64,000 nt of DNA, from positions 77,934,001 through 77,998,000 of the forward strand of contig OX597814.1 of the NCBI GenBank assembly GCA_951406725.2. The letters run 5' to 3'. The stretch's first letter is position 1. Each line of letters opens with the position of its first letter. This document shows positions 1 to 12,602 of the stretch, in pieces. A program made the position numbers and the translations under genes. The notes beneath the pieces were generated by a model. It was not told the origin of the DNA and did not search any database. It saw nothing but the letters and a program-made list of their open reading frames with translations. The stretch is from Octopus vulgaris (lineage: Eukaryota).

Positions 1-222
1 CATATATATATATATATACACACATACATACATACATACATGCACATACATATATTTTTTCACACACATACACACACATATATATATATAAAAAATTCAC
101 CACCCCCACACACACAAATTACAAACCTATAGCGTACACACTCAAATATATCTCTACATACCCGCACACACACACAAACAAAGTACTAACATATACACAC
201 ATACCATGCATATACACACACA

Positions 223-255
<33 letters not shown>

Positions 256-707
256 AACAGATACATATGTAAATACATACACACGTACACAATGCTCACA
301 CACACACACACACACACATACACACACACCCGCACACAGTGCACACACACACACACATACAACGCGCGCACACACACATATACACACACACGCACACAGT
401 GCACACACACACACACACACACACACACAACACTCACACACATACATCACCTACATATATATAATGCATGCGTGTGCATGCCACGTATGTGTGCGGTCAA
501 TGCCCGCTAGTGTGTCCTATGCGTGCCGATGCGCGCATGTGCCCGCCCGCACGATATGCTGTGAGCGTGCGCGCGTCCCTATGTGCTTGCTCTGGATGTG
601 CTTCCAGGGGGTATGTTAGAGTATGTTTAGTTGTGGTCTGTATTTTTGAATAAGATTACTTTCCTTATTTATTCGTGTTTGGTCTGTGGTGTTGTCCGAG
701 CATTGGT
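1..707 (-). mobile_element. Inverted partial copy of the PLE 3' region (last ~30 codons of ORF2 plus 3' UTR), running off the window start
   Basis: Reverse complement of ~6008-6730. The ORF track gives the same 61-aa translation at 468..653(+) and 6062..6247(-). The junction with the direct pLTR has a 2-bp GT microhomology at 706-707. Confidence 0.93.
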
Positions 708-849
708 GTACGCTATAGGTTTGTAAATTGTGTGTGTGGGGGGTGGTGAATTTTTTATATATATATATGTGTGTGTATGTGTGTGAAAAAATATATGTAT
801 GTGCATGTATGTATGTATGTATGTGTGTATATATATATATATATATGTG

Positions 850-882
<33 letters not shown>

Positions 883-2094
883 ATATTTATTTGCATGTTT
901 ATGTGTGTATAAACATGTACATTATTTGCATGCGCATTGTGTATATGTATATTGTATGTATGTGTATTGTATATGTACGTGTACAATTAAGTGTATATAT
1001 TTGTGTGTATGTGTGCACTGTATATATGTATATTGTAGGTGTGCTATATGTGCATGAATACATGTATATGCATTGCGTGTATATATATGTATGCATTGTG
1101 TGTATGTATGTATGTTATGTGTGTGTGTGTGTATATATATATTATATGTATGCGTACGTGTATGTGTATGCATTGTATGTATGTATGTTGTGTGTATATG
1201 TGGTACATCTATGTATGTGTATGTAAACACTATTTATATGTATATGTGTATATATATATATGCATTGTCTATATATATATATATTATATGTATGTATTGC
1301 GTATGTATATTGCATGCATATATTGTGTATGTATATTGCTTACATGCTGTATGTGTGTATTGTATGTGTGTATATATATATGCTAGGTGTATTTGTGTGA
1401 TATTTATATTATGTATGTATGTGTGCGTGTGTTGTGTGTGTGTGTGTGTGTGTGTGTGTTGTGTGTGTATGTGTGTTATATATCTGTGTATGTTATATAT
1501 AGATACATGTTATATTTGTGTGCTGTGTGTATATGTGATATATGTGGGTGCGTTGTGTGTGGGTGTGTGTGTTCTGTGTGTGTGTGTGTGTTGTTTGTAT
1601 GTGGTGTGTGTTTGTATACTATGTGTGTGTGTGTGTGTGTTGTTGTGTGTGTGTGTGTTTGTGTGTATATATATGTGTGTGACAAACTGACGCTGTCTGA
1701 CCAGCAGGCACGGACACATCTATACACACCCGCATACTAACCTCCTGATAACCCCAAAATCATTCATGCATAAAGGGGAAGTATACACCACATTGGCTAC
1801 TTCTTCTGTTCTCTCAGTTCAGCCTTTCTGCTAATACTGACAGGTCAGTAAAAACATACTTAAAATATTCTGAGATGTACAAAAAATCCATTTTAATTTT
1901 TGCTGTCAAAACGCTGTATATATATACCAAAGATTGTATATATATACATGTAATGTGACAATTTGCGACAACCAATAATTAACGCAACCAATTCCCAATA
2001 ATATATTTGTTTTATCCTTTTCTGCCAAATTTTCCCAAATAGTCTCATCACACTATTGAACTTCTCTGTTACCAAACACTATATTTATACATGT

Positions 2095-2320
2095 AATGTG
2101 ACAATTATGTATAAAAAAACATTTTTGAATTCATAATATCCAATGTGACAATTATGTAAAAAACTTTTTGAATGCATAATATTCAATGTGACAATTATGT
2201 AAAAAACTTTTTTTGAACCCATAATATCAATGTGACAATTATGTAAAAAACTTTTTTGAATGCATAATATTCAATGTGACAATTATGTAAAAAACTTTTT
2301 TGAACCCATATTATTCAATG
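2095..2320 (+). repeat. ~44-bp minisatellite inside the pLTR (5 units here, 3 units at ~7985-8122)
   Basis: Unit aatgtgacaattatgtaaaaaacttttttgaa(tg/cc)cataatattc, counted directly. Confidence 0.9.
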
Positions 2321-2334
2321 TTTCCTTAAATGTA

Positions 2335-2373
2335 ACTTTTGACAATCTTTTACCAAAGTGAAACCGGTTAAGT
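2335..2373 (+). ncRNA. Atypical minimal type I hammerhead-like motif (U3-A8 core variant) in the 5' pLTR
   Basis: ACTT-TTGACAA-T-CTTT(tacc)AAAG-T-GAAA-CCGG-TT-AAGT: stem I ACTT/AAGT, palindromic ACCGGT stem III, at the pLTR position where PLE hammerheads usually sit. Confidence 0.55.
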
Positions 2374-2489
2374 AAATAAACATCGTTTAAATTGCATTTT
2401 CAAACCTTTTTTCTTATATAATCCCACTCGTGCGATACCCCACAACTCAACTTTTATATATATATATAAACATCACACGAGTCCCGAAA

Positions 2490-3797
2490 ATGCCACCCAA
2501 ATCACAACAAGCAGAATCTTTAATGAACCATAATATCCTAAAAGAATTACAAGAAATCTCCTCGAAACTTTCAACCATAATAAACAAAGTCGAACAATCG
2601 CACTTATACCTAAATGGACTCATGGAGGCCAAAACAACCAATCAAATCCCTGACATCATCCCAACACTGCAAAACCTAATGAAATCCATAGAGACGGCAG
2701 TGCTCCCAAAGCAGGAGCAAACTAAAGACTACTTCTCAATTAAAAGCTCTCTTAACAACACCTGGAGTAAAAATCTCAAAGCGCGTAAGTTTGCCTTCTG
2801 GAATTTCATAAAAAATAACAACAAAGCTGACATTTATGAAAAGTGGCTCAACTCCACCCCTATCATCCTACCCAGAAAACTACAAATAAAACCCATCCAA
2901 AATGAACCAGAAAACCAAAAAAACCTCAGGGAGAAACTAGCTTTTGAAAAATTCAAAACGGAAGTAGAACTCTTGCGGCTCAGAGCCAACACCAGTGAAG
3001 AAAAATCCAAGACCCTTGACAATGAAATGCAGATTGAAATCTCAAAACACTGTGAAGGAGCACTCCTTGATGAAACCACCAAACTCTGGAGAAAAAACTG
3101 CGAGGATGAAGAAATAACATCCCTCCAGCGAATGGAAAAAAACAGCTGGTTCACCAATTATGAAACAGAGTTCACAAAGGAACACCTTTCAAGCAACCCA
3201 TATTTTAAAATATCTACTTCAACTCACACCCCTCGCCAAAAACAAAGAAAACCAACCACAAAACACCGAACACACACCACCCCTAACATCGACAACAACA
3301 ACAACAGAACTTACAGACAGCACTACAATCCCATCAAAAGAACCGAGACACCCATCATCACACGACAAAACTTTACCAGACAACGTAGACCCCAACCCAC
3401 ACAAGAACCGTTCCAGATTCGGAGATCCTACCCATCACTTAGAAACCCATCTCTGAACTATGATTGTAGATTCCAACCCAAACCGCTCCTAACTCAGAGT
3501 TCTCCCCCAACATATAGGAATTCACTCCTAAACCATGAATATAGTTTCCAACCCACTCTAAGGAACCAACATTACACCCAGGACAAACAACCCAAACCCT
3601 GGAATAACCAAAACTCTTCCAGGAGGCCACACCAACAACCCAGACCCTGGAACAACCAAAACCTCCTCAACAGACAACATAGCAACAGGGGACAGAATCA
3701 CAACAACCAAAACCTCTTCAACAGACATGTCAACAGGGGACAGAATCACATACAGCAAAATACCGCAAATAGAAGAACCCCAGGATTCCTTTTTTAG
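2490..3797 (+). CDS. PLE upstream ORF1 (435 aa from ATG 2490); helical/coiled-coil-like N-terminal half, Q/N/R/P-rich low-complexity C-terminus; function unknown
   Basis: Long uninterrupted non-repetitive ORF inside the element. It starts ~20 nt after the pLTR (TA)n and ends with TAG at 3795-3797. Confidence 0.8.
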   Translation: MPPKSQQAESLMNHNILKELQEISSKLSTIINKVEQSHLYLNGLMEAKTTNQIPDIIPTLQNLMKSIETAVLPKQEQTKDYFSIKSSLNNTWSKNLKARKFAFWNFIKNNNKADIYEKWLNSTPIILPRKLQIKPIQNEPENQKNLREKLAFEKFKTEVELLRLRANTSEEKSKTLDNEMQIEISKHCEGALLDETTKLWRKNCEDEEITSLQRMEKNSWFTNYETEFTKEHLSSNPYFKISTSTHTPRQKQRKPTTKHRTHTTPNIDNNNNRTYRQHYNPIKRTETPIITRQNFTRQRRPQPTQEPFQIRRSYPSLRNPSLNYDCRFQPKPLLTQSSPPTYRNSLLNHEYSFQPTLRNQHYTQDKQPKPWNNQNSSRRPHQQPRPWNNQNLLNRQHSNRGQNHNNQNLFNRHVNRGQNHIQQNTANRRTPGFLF

Positions 3798-3825
3798 GCA
3801 AGGGCATCAGTTTCCACGACACCAG

Positions 3826-6099
3826 ATGGTAGATACCAACCCCGAAAAACCAAAAATAGTGAATCTTTCTAACCTAAACCTGTCGACACCACAAATAAAA
3901 ATCCTTTCAAGAGGACTAAAATTCACCCCAACTCCGCAATACCCTAACCTGAGGGAAATACAGGATGACATCTCGCACTTTTGCAGAAAATTACGCCTCA
4001 CAGAGGAATTTTTTGACAGAAAAACTAATAATAACGACGAATCAATGGTCTGTAACAAAAGCAACTATAATCCCATAAAAGGCAAAAACAAAACCTTAGA
4101 CAAATTTTGCGATTACATCTCCAACTTCCCTTATGGTGAACTCCCACAACCTAAACTCAAACCCAACACCAGTAAAAGAGAATGGGAAATCATCCATACG
4201 CTACGAGACAATCATGACGTCACAATAAAGGAAGCTGATAAGGGTAGTACGGTCGTTGTTATGAATACTGAGCAATATAAAAACTCTGTATCTCTCCTTT
4301 TAGAGGATACCACATACTACGAAAGAGTAGTCGACTACCAGCAATCCAAAACAATGACCAATCTGAAGGCACTCATTTACCAACACCGGAATGACTTGAC
4401 AGCAAAGGAATGCGACTACATTACTAAATTTAATTGCAAAACCAGCACACTCTATGGGCTTCCAAAAATACACAAGAGTCAAATTATCACAGAAGCTTGC
4501 AAAAAGTCCACTTCAACCTGCATCACTATACCACATCCCACTGATCTCAAACTGAGACCAATAGTGGCAGGCCCAAGTTGTGAAACACACAGACTTAGCA
4601 ACTTTATAGATATCATCTTAAAGCCAATACTGAAACACATTCCAAGTATTGTAAGAGATGACCTGGACCTATTAAACCATCTCCCCAAACATGCCGATAA
4701 AGACACCTTAATCGTTTCTTTTGATGTTATTAATCTTTACACCACAATCCCACATGAATTTGGACTGGAAGCCATTAAATTCTGGCTGGATAAATATCCC
4801 AATGAGATCCCGGAAAGAATTAAAAAAGAATTCATAATTGAGGGCCTCAAATTTATTCTGCAAAACAACTTCATGTATTTCCACAACAACACTTACAGAC
4901 AGGTCTCAGGGACTGCAATGGGTACGAAAGTTGCACCTACCTATGCAAACCTGGTGATGGCCTACCTGGAATCACATATCTATGAAAAATCCAAATATAA
5001 GTACGGCCAGTCTTTCCACAAATACCTGTTGGAGAACTGGAAACGCTACTTAGATGATTGCCTCATCCTATGGTCCCACACACTCGACCAACTTATAGAC
5101 TTCAAAAACCTTATCAACAGTGTAAATAACAACATTCAATTCACAATGGAATATAGTCAGGACCAACTCCCTTTTCTTGACATCCTAATCATTAAAAAAG
5201 GCGTCAACATTGAAACTGACATCCATTACAAACCCACTGACTCTAAACAATACCTTCTATTCACCTCCAATCACCCAAAACACACAAAGACAAATATCCC
5301 CTTCAACCTAGCGAGAAGAATCTGCACTATTGTCTCAAATGACACAACACGAAATAGAAGACTCCGGGAACTAAGGGCAATTCTTCTCGAAAGACATTAC
5401 CGGCATCACTAGTAGACAACGGAATAGAACGGGCCAAATCAATCAACATTCAAGACCTTCGAAAACCCAAACACATCCACAGTACAGTCAATAGCCTCCT
5501 TATCTCTCAACACACAACCCAAGGAATGCAGAAGCTTACACTATTATATACAACAACATTCCACAACTAAATCAAGACCCACGCCTGAAAAAAATACTGG
5601 CAGCTCATAAAATAATAAAAAGTAAGAGACAACCTAAATCCCTAAAAAACCTCCTCACCAACGCAAAATTACACAACACAAACCCACCGCCCACCATCAA
5701 AAATGTGGTCGCCCCAACTGTAAGACCTGCATCCACCTCATTGAGGGATCGTCGTACAAGTTCCACTCGGGACACACATTCATCATAAAAAATAACTTCA
5801 CGTGCGCATCAAAAAATTTACTCTACGTCATAAGGTGTGAAGGATGCCACGAAGACTACATAGGGCAAACGAGCCTTACCCTCAGAGACAGAATGACAGT
5901 TCACCGACAACAACTGAGGGACCCCTCCACAAGACAGATACCACTAAGTGGACACTTAGACCTTTGTGCACACAATAAGTCCCCCAAATTCTTAGTCTTC
6001 CCACTATACCAATGCTCGGACAACACCACAGACCAAACACGAATAAATAAGGAAAGTAATCTTATTCAAAAATACAGACCACAACTAAACATACTCTAA
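3826..6099 (+). CDS. PLE ORF2: reverse transcriptase + Zn-linker + GIY-YIG endonuclease (~758 aa after correcting three 1-bp deletions at ~5400, ~5498, ~5700)
   Basis: Motifs ILSRGLKFTPTP, IKEADKG, YGLPKIHK, LRPIVAG, FDVINLYTTIP, GTAMGTKVAPTYANL, RYLDD, LPFLDI, SNHP. After the shifts: YPASLVDNGIERA, KRQPKSLKNLL, KCGRPNCKTC, LLYVIRCEGCHEDYIGQT, HRQQ..GHLDLC, KESNLIQKYRPQLN. Confidence 0.93.
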
Positions 6100-6481
6100 C
6101 ATACCCCCTGGAAGCACATCCAGAGCAAGCACACAGGGACGCGCGCACGCTCACAGCATATCGTGCGGGCGGGCACATGCGCGCATCGGCACGCATAGGA
6201 CACACTAGCGGGCATTGACCGCACACATACGTGGCATGCACACGCATGCATTATATATATGTAGGTGATGTATGTGTGTGAGTGTTGTGTGTGTGTGTGT
6301 GTGTGTGTGTGTGCACTGTGTGCGTGTGTGTGTATATGTGTGTGTGCGCGCGTTGTATGTGTGTGTGTGTGTGCACGTGTGTATATATGTGTGTGTGTGC
6401 ACTGTGTGCGGGTGTATGTGTATGTGTGTGTGTGTGTGTGAGCATTGTGTACGTGTGTATGTATTTACATATGTATCTGTT

Positions 6482-6516
<35 letters not shown>

Positions 6517-6598
6517 TGTGTGTGTATATGCATGGTATGTGTGTATATGTTAGTACTTTGTTTGTGTGTGTGTGCGGCATGTAGAGATATATTTGAGT

Positions 6599-8369
<1,771 letters not shown>

Positions 8370-8457
8370 TTATTAGAGACAAAACCACTATTTTGCAAAA
8401 CAAACAAGGAAAGACTTAATCAATACATAAAATTTTAATAAATAGTCAAAAAAACCG

Positions 8458-8500
8458 CCACTACAATCGTTTCTTGTCTTGATCGACAATCTTCAGGTGG
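8458..8500 (-). ncRNA. Minimal type I hammerhead ribozyme
   Basis: Reverse complement of 10939-10981. Confidence 0.85.
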
Positions 8501-10938
8501 ACTTCAATCTAAAATATCAATATTTTAAAATATACAAATAATAATTTTAAAATAATTAAAGTATGAATGAAAAAATATAAATATATAATCCATATATAAC
8601 CTATATATAATCCATATATATAATCGATATATAAACAATATATAAACTAAAATAAACCTATCAACAATTAAATATAAAATATAAAATATAAAACAAAACA
8701 AAAAAATAATAATAAAATAATAATAAACTATATATACACCCATACACATATACCTAATTATATATAACCATATCTAACTACATACACTAAACCACACACC
8801 TATATATATATCCCTATACATACACATAAAAACGTCTAGGCAACTATAAATAAATAAAATAGCTAAATACTTCAACACAATACTTATTCATACTCCCACA
8901 CACACACACATACAACCCACATTCACGCTCTAGAAAACGGACATCACTCAAAATTATGAACGGAGAAATGGAATAAATGGAATTGAAAATTATATTCACT
9001 TGGTAAAACGAACACTACTTAAAAATTATGAATGAAACAATGCAATAAAACAACAGACATCGCAAATATACACAAATTACTACGAATTCCTTAACAAACC
9101 TACCATGATAAACCAAAACTCACAAAAACATATAATGATAAAATCTCCCTTTACTAAACTCTATAACATACCTATATAGCAATCCCCCTAACCTAAACAT
9201 TCACACACAAATACACACACGTAAACCACACACCCACGACATATACAAATACCCACACCACTTACACATACCAATACATACATATAAACCTCAACATATA
9301 CTCCAAAAACCCACTCAACCCCACACAGACAAATAAACACAAAAATTATGAATGGATTCTTTTATAAAACTACCATGATAAGCTAAAACTCACAAAACAG
9401 AAATGATAAAACCTCCCTTTACTAAACACTATAACATACTTATATAGCAATCCCTTTAACCTATACATTCACACACAAAAACACACACGTAAACCACACA
9501 CCCATAACAAATACAAACACCCACCCCACTCACACACACCCACAAGTACATATAAGCCTCAACATAAACACCAAACAAAATTACTTTACCAAGGAACTTA
9601 ACATATGTATAAAAAGTATAACCACTCCGGAAACGAACATCTCTAAATTAATGAATGGAGAAATGGAATAAATGGAATTAAAAATAATATTCACGTGGCA
9701 AAACGAACACCACTCAAAAATTATGAATGAAACAATGCAATAAAACAACCAACATCGAAAATAGACAAATTACCACGAATTCCCTAAAAAAAAAAAAAAA
9801 AAAAAACCATGATAAACCAAAACTCTTAAAAACATACAACGATAAAATCTCCCTTTGCTAAACTCTATAACAAACCTATATAGCAATACCCCTAACCTAA
9901 ACATTCACACACAAATACACACACGTAAACCACAGACCCACGACTTATACACATACCTATACTAACTTATAAACCTCAATATACACCAAAATCCACTCCC
10001 TCCACACACAGACAAATTAACACATACATCCCAAAACCTAAATAACAAACCCATATACACATTCACACACAAACACACACACAGGCAAAACACACACACA
10101 CAACAGATACATATACTCCCTCACATATACGCATATACATACTCACTAAACTCGATATATACAACAATATTTACACACCCACACTCATACAGATAAATAA
10201 ATTATACAACTAAAAACTCACACACAATCTCATATACATAAACACTCCTATGAAAACAACATTAAATACATCGTAATTAACCAGAATATCAAAAATAACA
10301 ATATGACATAAGGATAAATAAAATACATACTTACAAGTCAGTTTCAAATTATAAAGTGAAATTAAATTCTTATATTTGCGATGTCTGTTGTTTTATTGCA
10401 TTGTTTCATTCATAATTTTTAAGTAGTGTTCGTTTTACCAAGTGAATATAATTTTCAATTCCATTTATTCCATTTCTCCGTTCATAATTTTGAGTGATGT
10501 CCGTTTTCTAGAGCGTGAATGTGGGTTGTATGTGTGTGTGTGTGGGAGTATGAATAAGTATTGTGTTGAAGTATTTAGCTATTTTATTTATTTATAGTTG
10601 CCTAGACGTTTTTATGTGTATGTATAGGGATATATATATAGGTGTGTGGTTTAGTGTATGTAGTTAGATATGGTTATATATAATTAGGTATATGTGTATG
10701 GGTGTATATATAGTTTATTATTATTTTATTATTATTTTTTTGTTTTGTTTTATATTTTATATTTTATATTTAATTGTTGATAGGTTTATTTTAGTTTATA
10801 TATTGTTTATATATCGATTATATATGAATTATATATAGGTTATATATGGATTATATATTTATATTTTTTCATTCATACTTTAATTATTTTAAAATTATTA
10901 TTTGTATATTTTAAAATATTGATATTTTAGATTGAAGT

Positions 10939-10981
10939 CCACCTGAAGATTGTCGATCAAGACAAGAAACGATTGTAGTGG
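10939..10981 (+). ncRNA. Minimal type I hammerhead ribozyme
   Basis: CCAC-CTGAAGA-TTGTC(gatcaa)GACAA-GAAA-C(gatt)G-TA|GTGG: full canonical core, 4-bp stem I, 5-bp stem II, GUA cleavage triplet. Confidence 0.88.
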
Positions 10982-11150
10982 CGGTTTTTTTGACTATTTA
11001 TTAAAATTTTATGTATTGATTAAGTCTTTCCTTGTTTGTTTTGCAAAATAGTATTTTGTCTCTAATAATATTTTATAATATTTTACTATAAAATTGGATA
11101 TCCTAAATCTGATTTTTTTCCCTGTAAATTTGGATTTATTCCCTAATATT

Positions 11151-11225
<75 letters not shown>

Positions 11226-11270
11226 TATATATATACATATATGCATATATATATACTATATGCATATGTA

Positions 11271-11331
<61 letters not shown>

Positions 11332-11504
11332 GCCATATTTATGTTTATATATAATAACGAGAAAGATAGACGGCATGAAAGGCATTGTTAATGTGTCTAC
11401 GTCCCTGAAACTTAGCGGTTACACACCCTGGTTAGTGGTCCGAAGATCTTTTCTGCTCACCAAGCATTGTCACACACTGTTGACTTTTGGGGGCGACTAA
11501 AAGA

Positions 11505-11955
11505 ACGGAATCTCAATTCTCTCTAACGCTACCGGGAGCGCTACATCATTTGTGTTATGTGGAAAATATTGCATCAATATTGTACAAATGATGTTGGCAT
11601 CAATTTTAAAATCCATTCAAGACTTGGCCCCCGTGCTGTTAGCCCATTACAAATATCGAACTCAGTACACATAGCAACATTACGTCACAATAACTTCATC
11701 TCAACTGGTCCAGCCCTCTTTAATGCCATACCATAATACGTCAAAATGGAAACGGTTCCCATAAAATTCAAATGTTCACTGGACAAATTTCTTCAAAAAT
11801 CCCGAGCCAAACGCCTATACCTACACATGTTTCCAACAATAATAACTCTTTGCTAAAGTGGGCTATGGTGCCCCATATATGGCTAAAAGACTTCATCAGG
11901 TGGTGCTATTGAGTTAGACATCGCCTGGGCCTATATTGGCCGAAACATATTGTTT
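11505..11955 (+). mobile_element. 3' fragment of a CR1/L2-group LINE
   Basis: Degenerate frames read LNSL*RYRERYIICVMWKIL and FISTGPALFNAIP*YVK...FKCSLDKFLQK, typical LINE ORF2 C-terminal motifs. Confidence 0.65.
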
Positions 11956-12015
11956 ATGTATATGCATATATAAGTGTGTGCGTGTGTGTGCGTATATGTA
12001 TATGTGTGTATATAT

Positions 12016-12089
<74 letters not shown>

Positions 12090-12091
<2 letters not shown>

Positions 12092-12282
12092 TCTTGAAAA
12101 GTCACATTGTGACGGAAACCGGTTTGAATTAATATATATATATTTTATCAATTTTTCAAAATTTTCCATACACCCATTTTCATAAAAATTTTCTTTCAAT
12201 TTAGGATTCTGCCTTTTTATAATTTTTCCTTGCCTATCATTTCTCCACGTGCGGTCAACACAACCCCACCATTTATTGATTT
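12090..12282 (+). mobile_element. Solo PLE-terminus relic with U3-A8 hammerhead-like motif (12090-12129), between two (TA)n tracts
   Basis: ATTC-TTGAAAA-GTCAC(att)GTGAC-G-GAAACCGGTTT-GAAT; the tail ctccacgtgcggtcaacacaacc resembles the Neptune pLTR tail cccactcgtgcgataccccacaac. Confidence 0.5.
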
Positions 12283-12289
12283 ATATATA

Positions 12290-12373
<84 letters not shown>

Positions 12374-12602
12374 CATACATATATACATACATGTAAACTT
12401 ATATACAAGTATATGCAAGTATGTGTGTATGTGTGTGTTTGTTTATGTATATGTATATACAAGTGTGTGTATATATATATATATATATATACATACATGT
12501 AAACGTACATACATATGTAGGGTATATATATAAATACATGCATACATACACACACACATATACGTTGGTGTATAAATATATGTACATGTATGTACATATA
12601 TA

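Larger units (their letters stand above)
706..2468 (+). repeat. 5' pseudo-LTR of the PLE (direct repeat of 6599-8260)
   Basis: Near-identical by eye to 6599-8260, including the unique block gacgctgtctgaccagcaggcacggacacatc... and the terminus ccactcgtgcgataccccacaactcaacttt(TA)n. Identical 60-aa spurious ORFs at 1893..2075 and 7783..7965. Confidence 0.93.

Noticed and set aside
154-1740. Numerous Cys/Val/Tyr/Met-rich or His/Thr-rich ORFs here and throughout (also poly-I, poly-N, poly-L)
   Set aside because: They are translations of (GT)n, (CA)n, (TA)n and (TTA)n repeats that lack stop codons in some frames; no coding signal.
2095-2320. Regularly spaced repeats as a possible CRISPR array
   Set aside because: Units are contiguous with no unique spacers, the context is eukaryotic and there are no cas genes; it is a minisatellite.
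11890-11955. GGCC(tatatt)GGCC-GAAAC as a hammerhead
   Set aside because: No CUGANGA box on the same strand and no stem I; better explained as a LINE 3' stem-loop.
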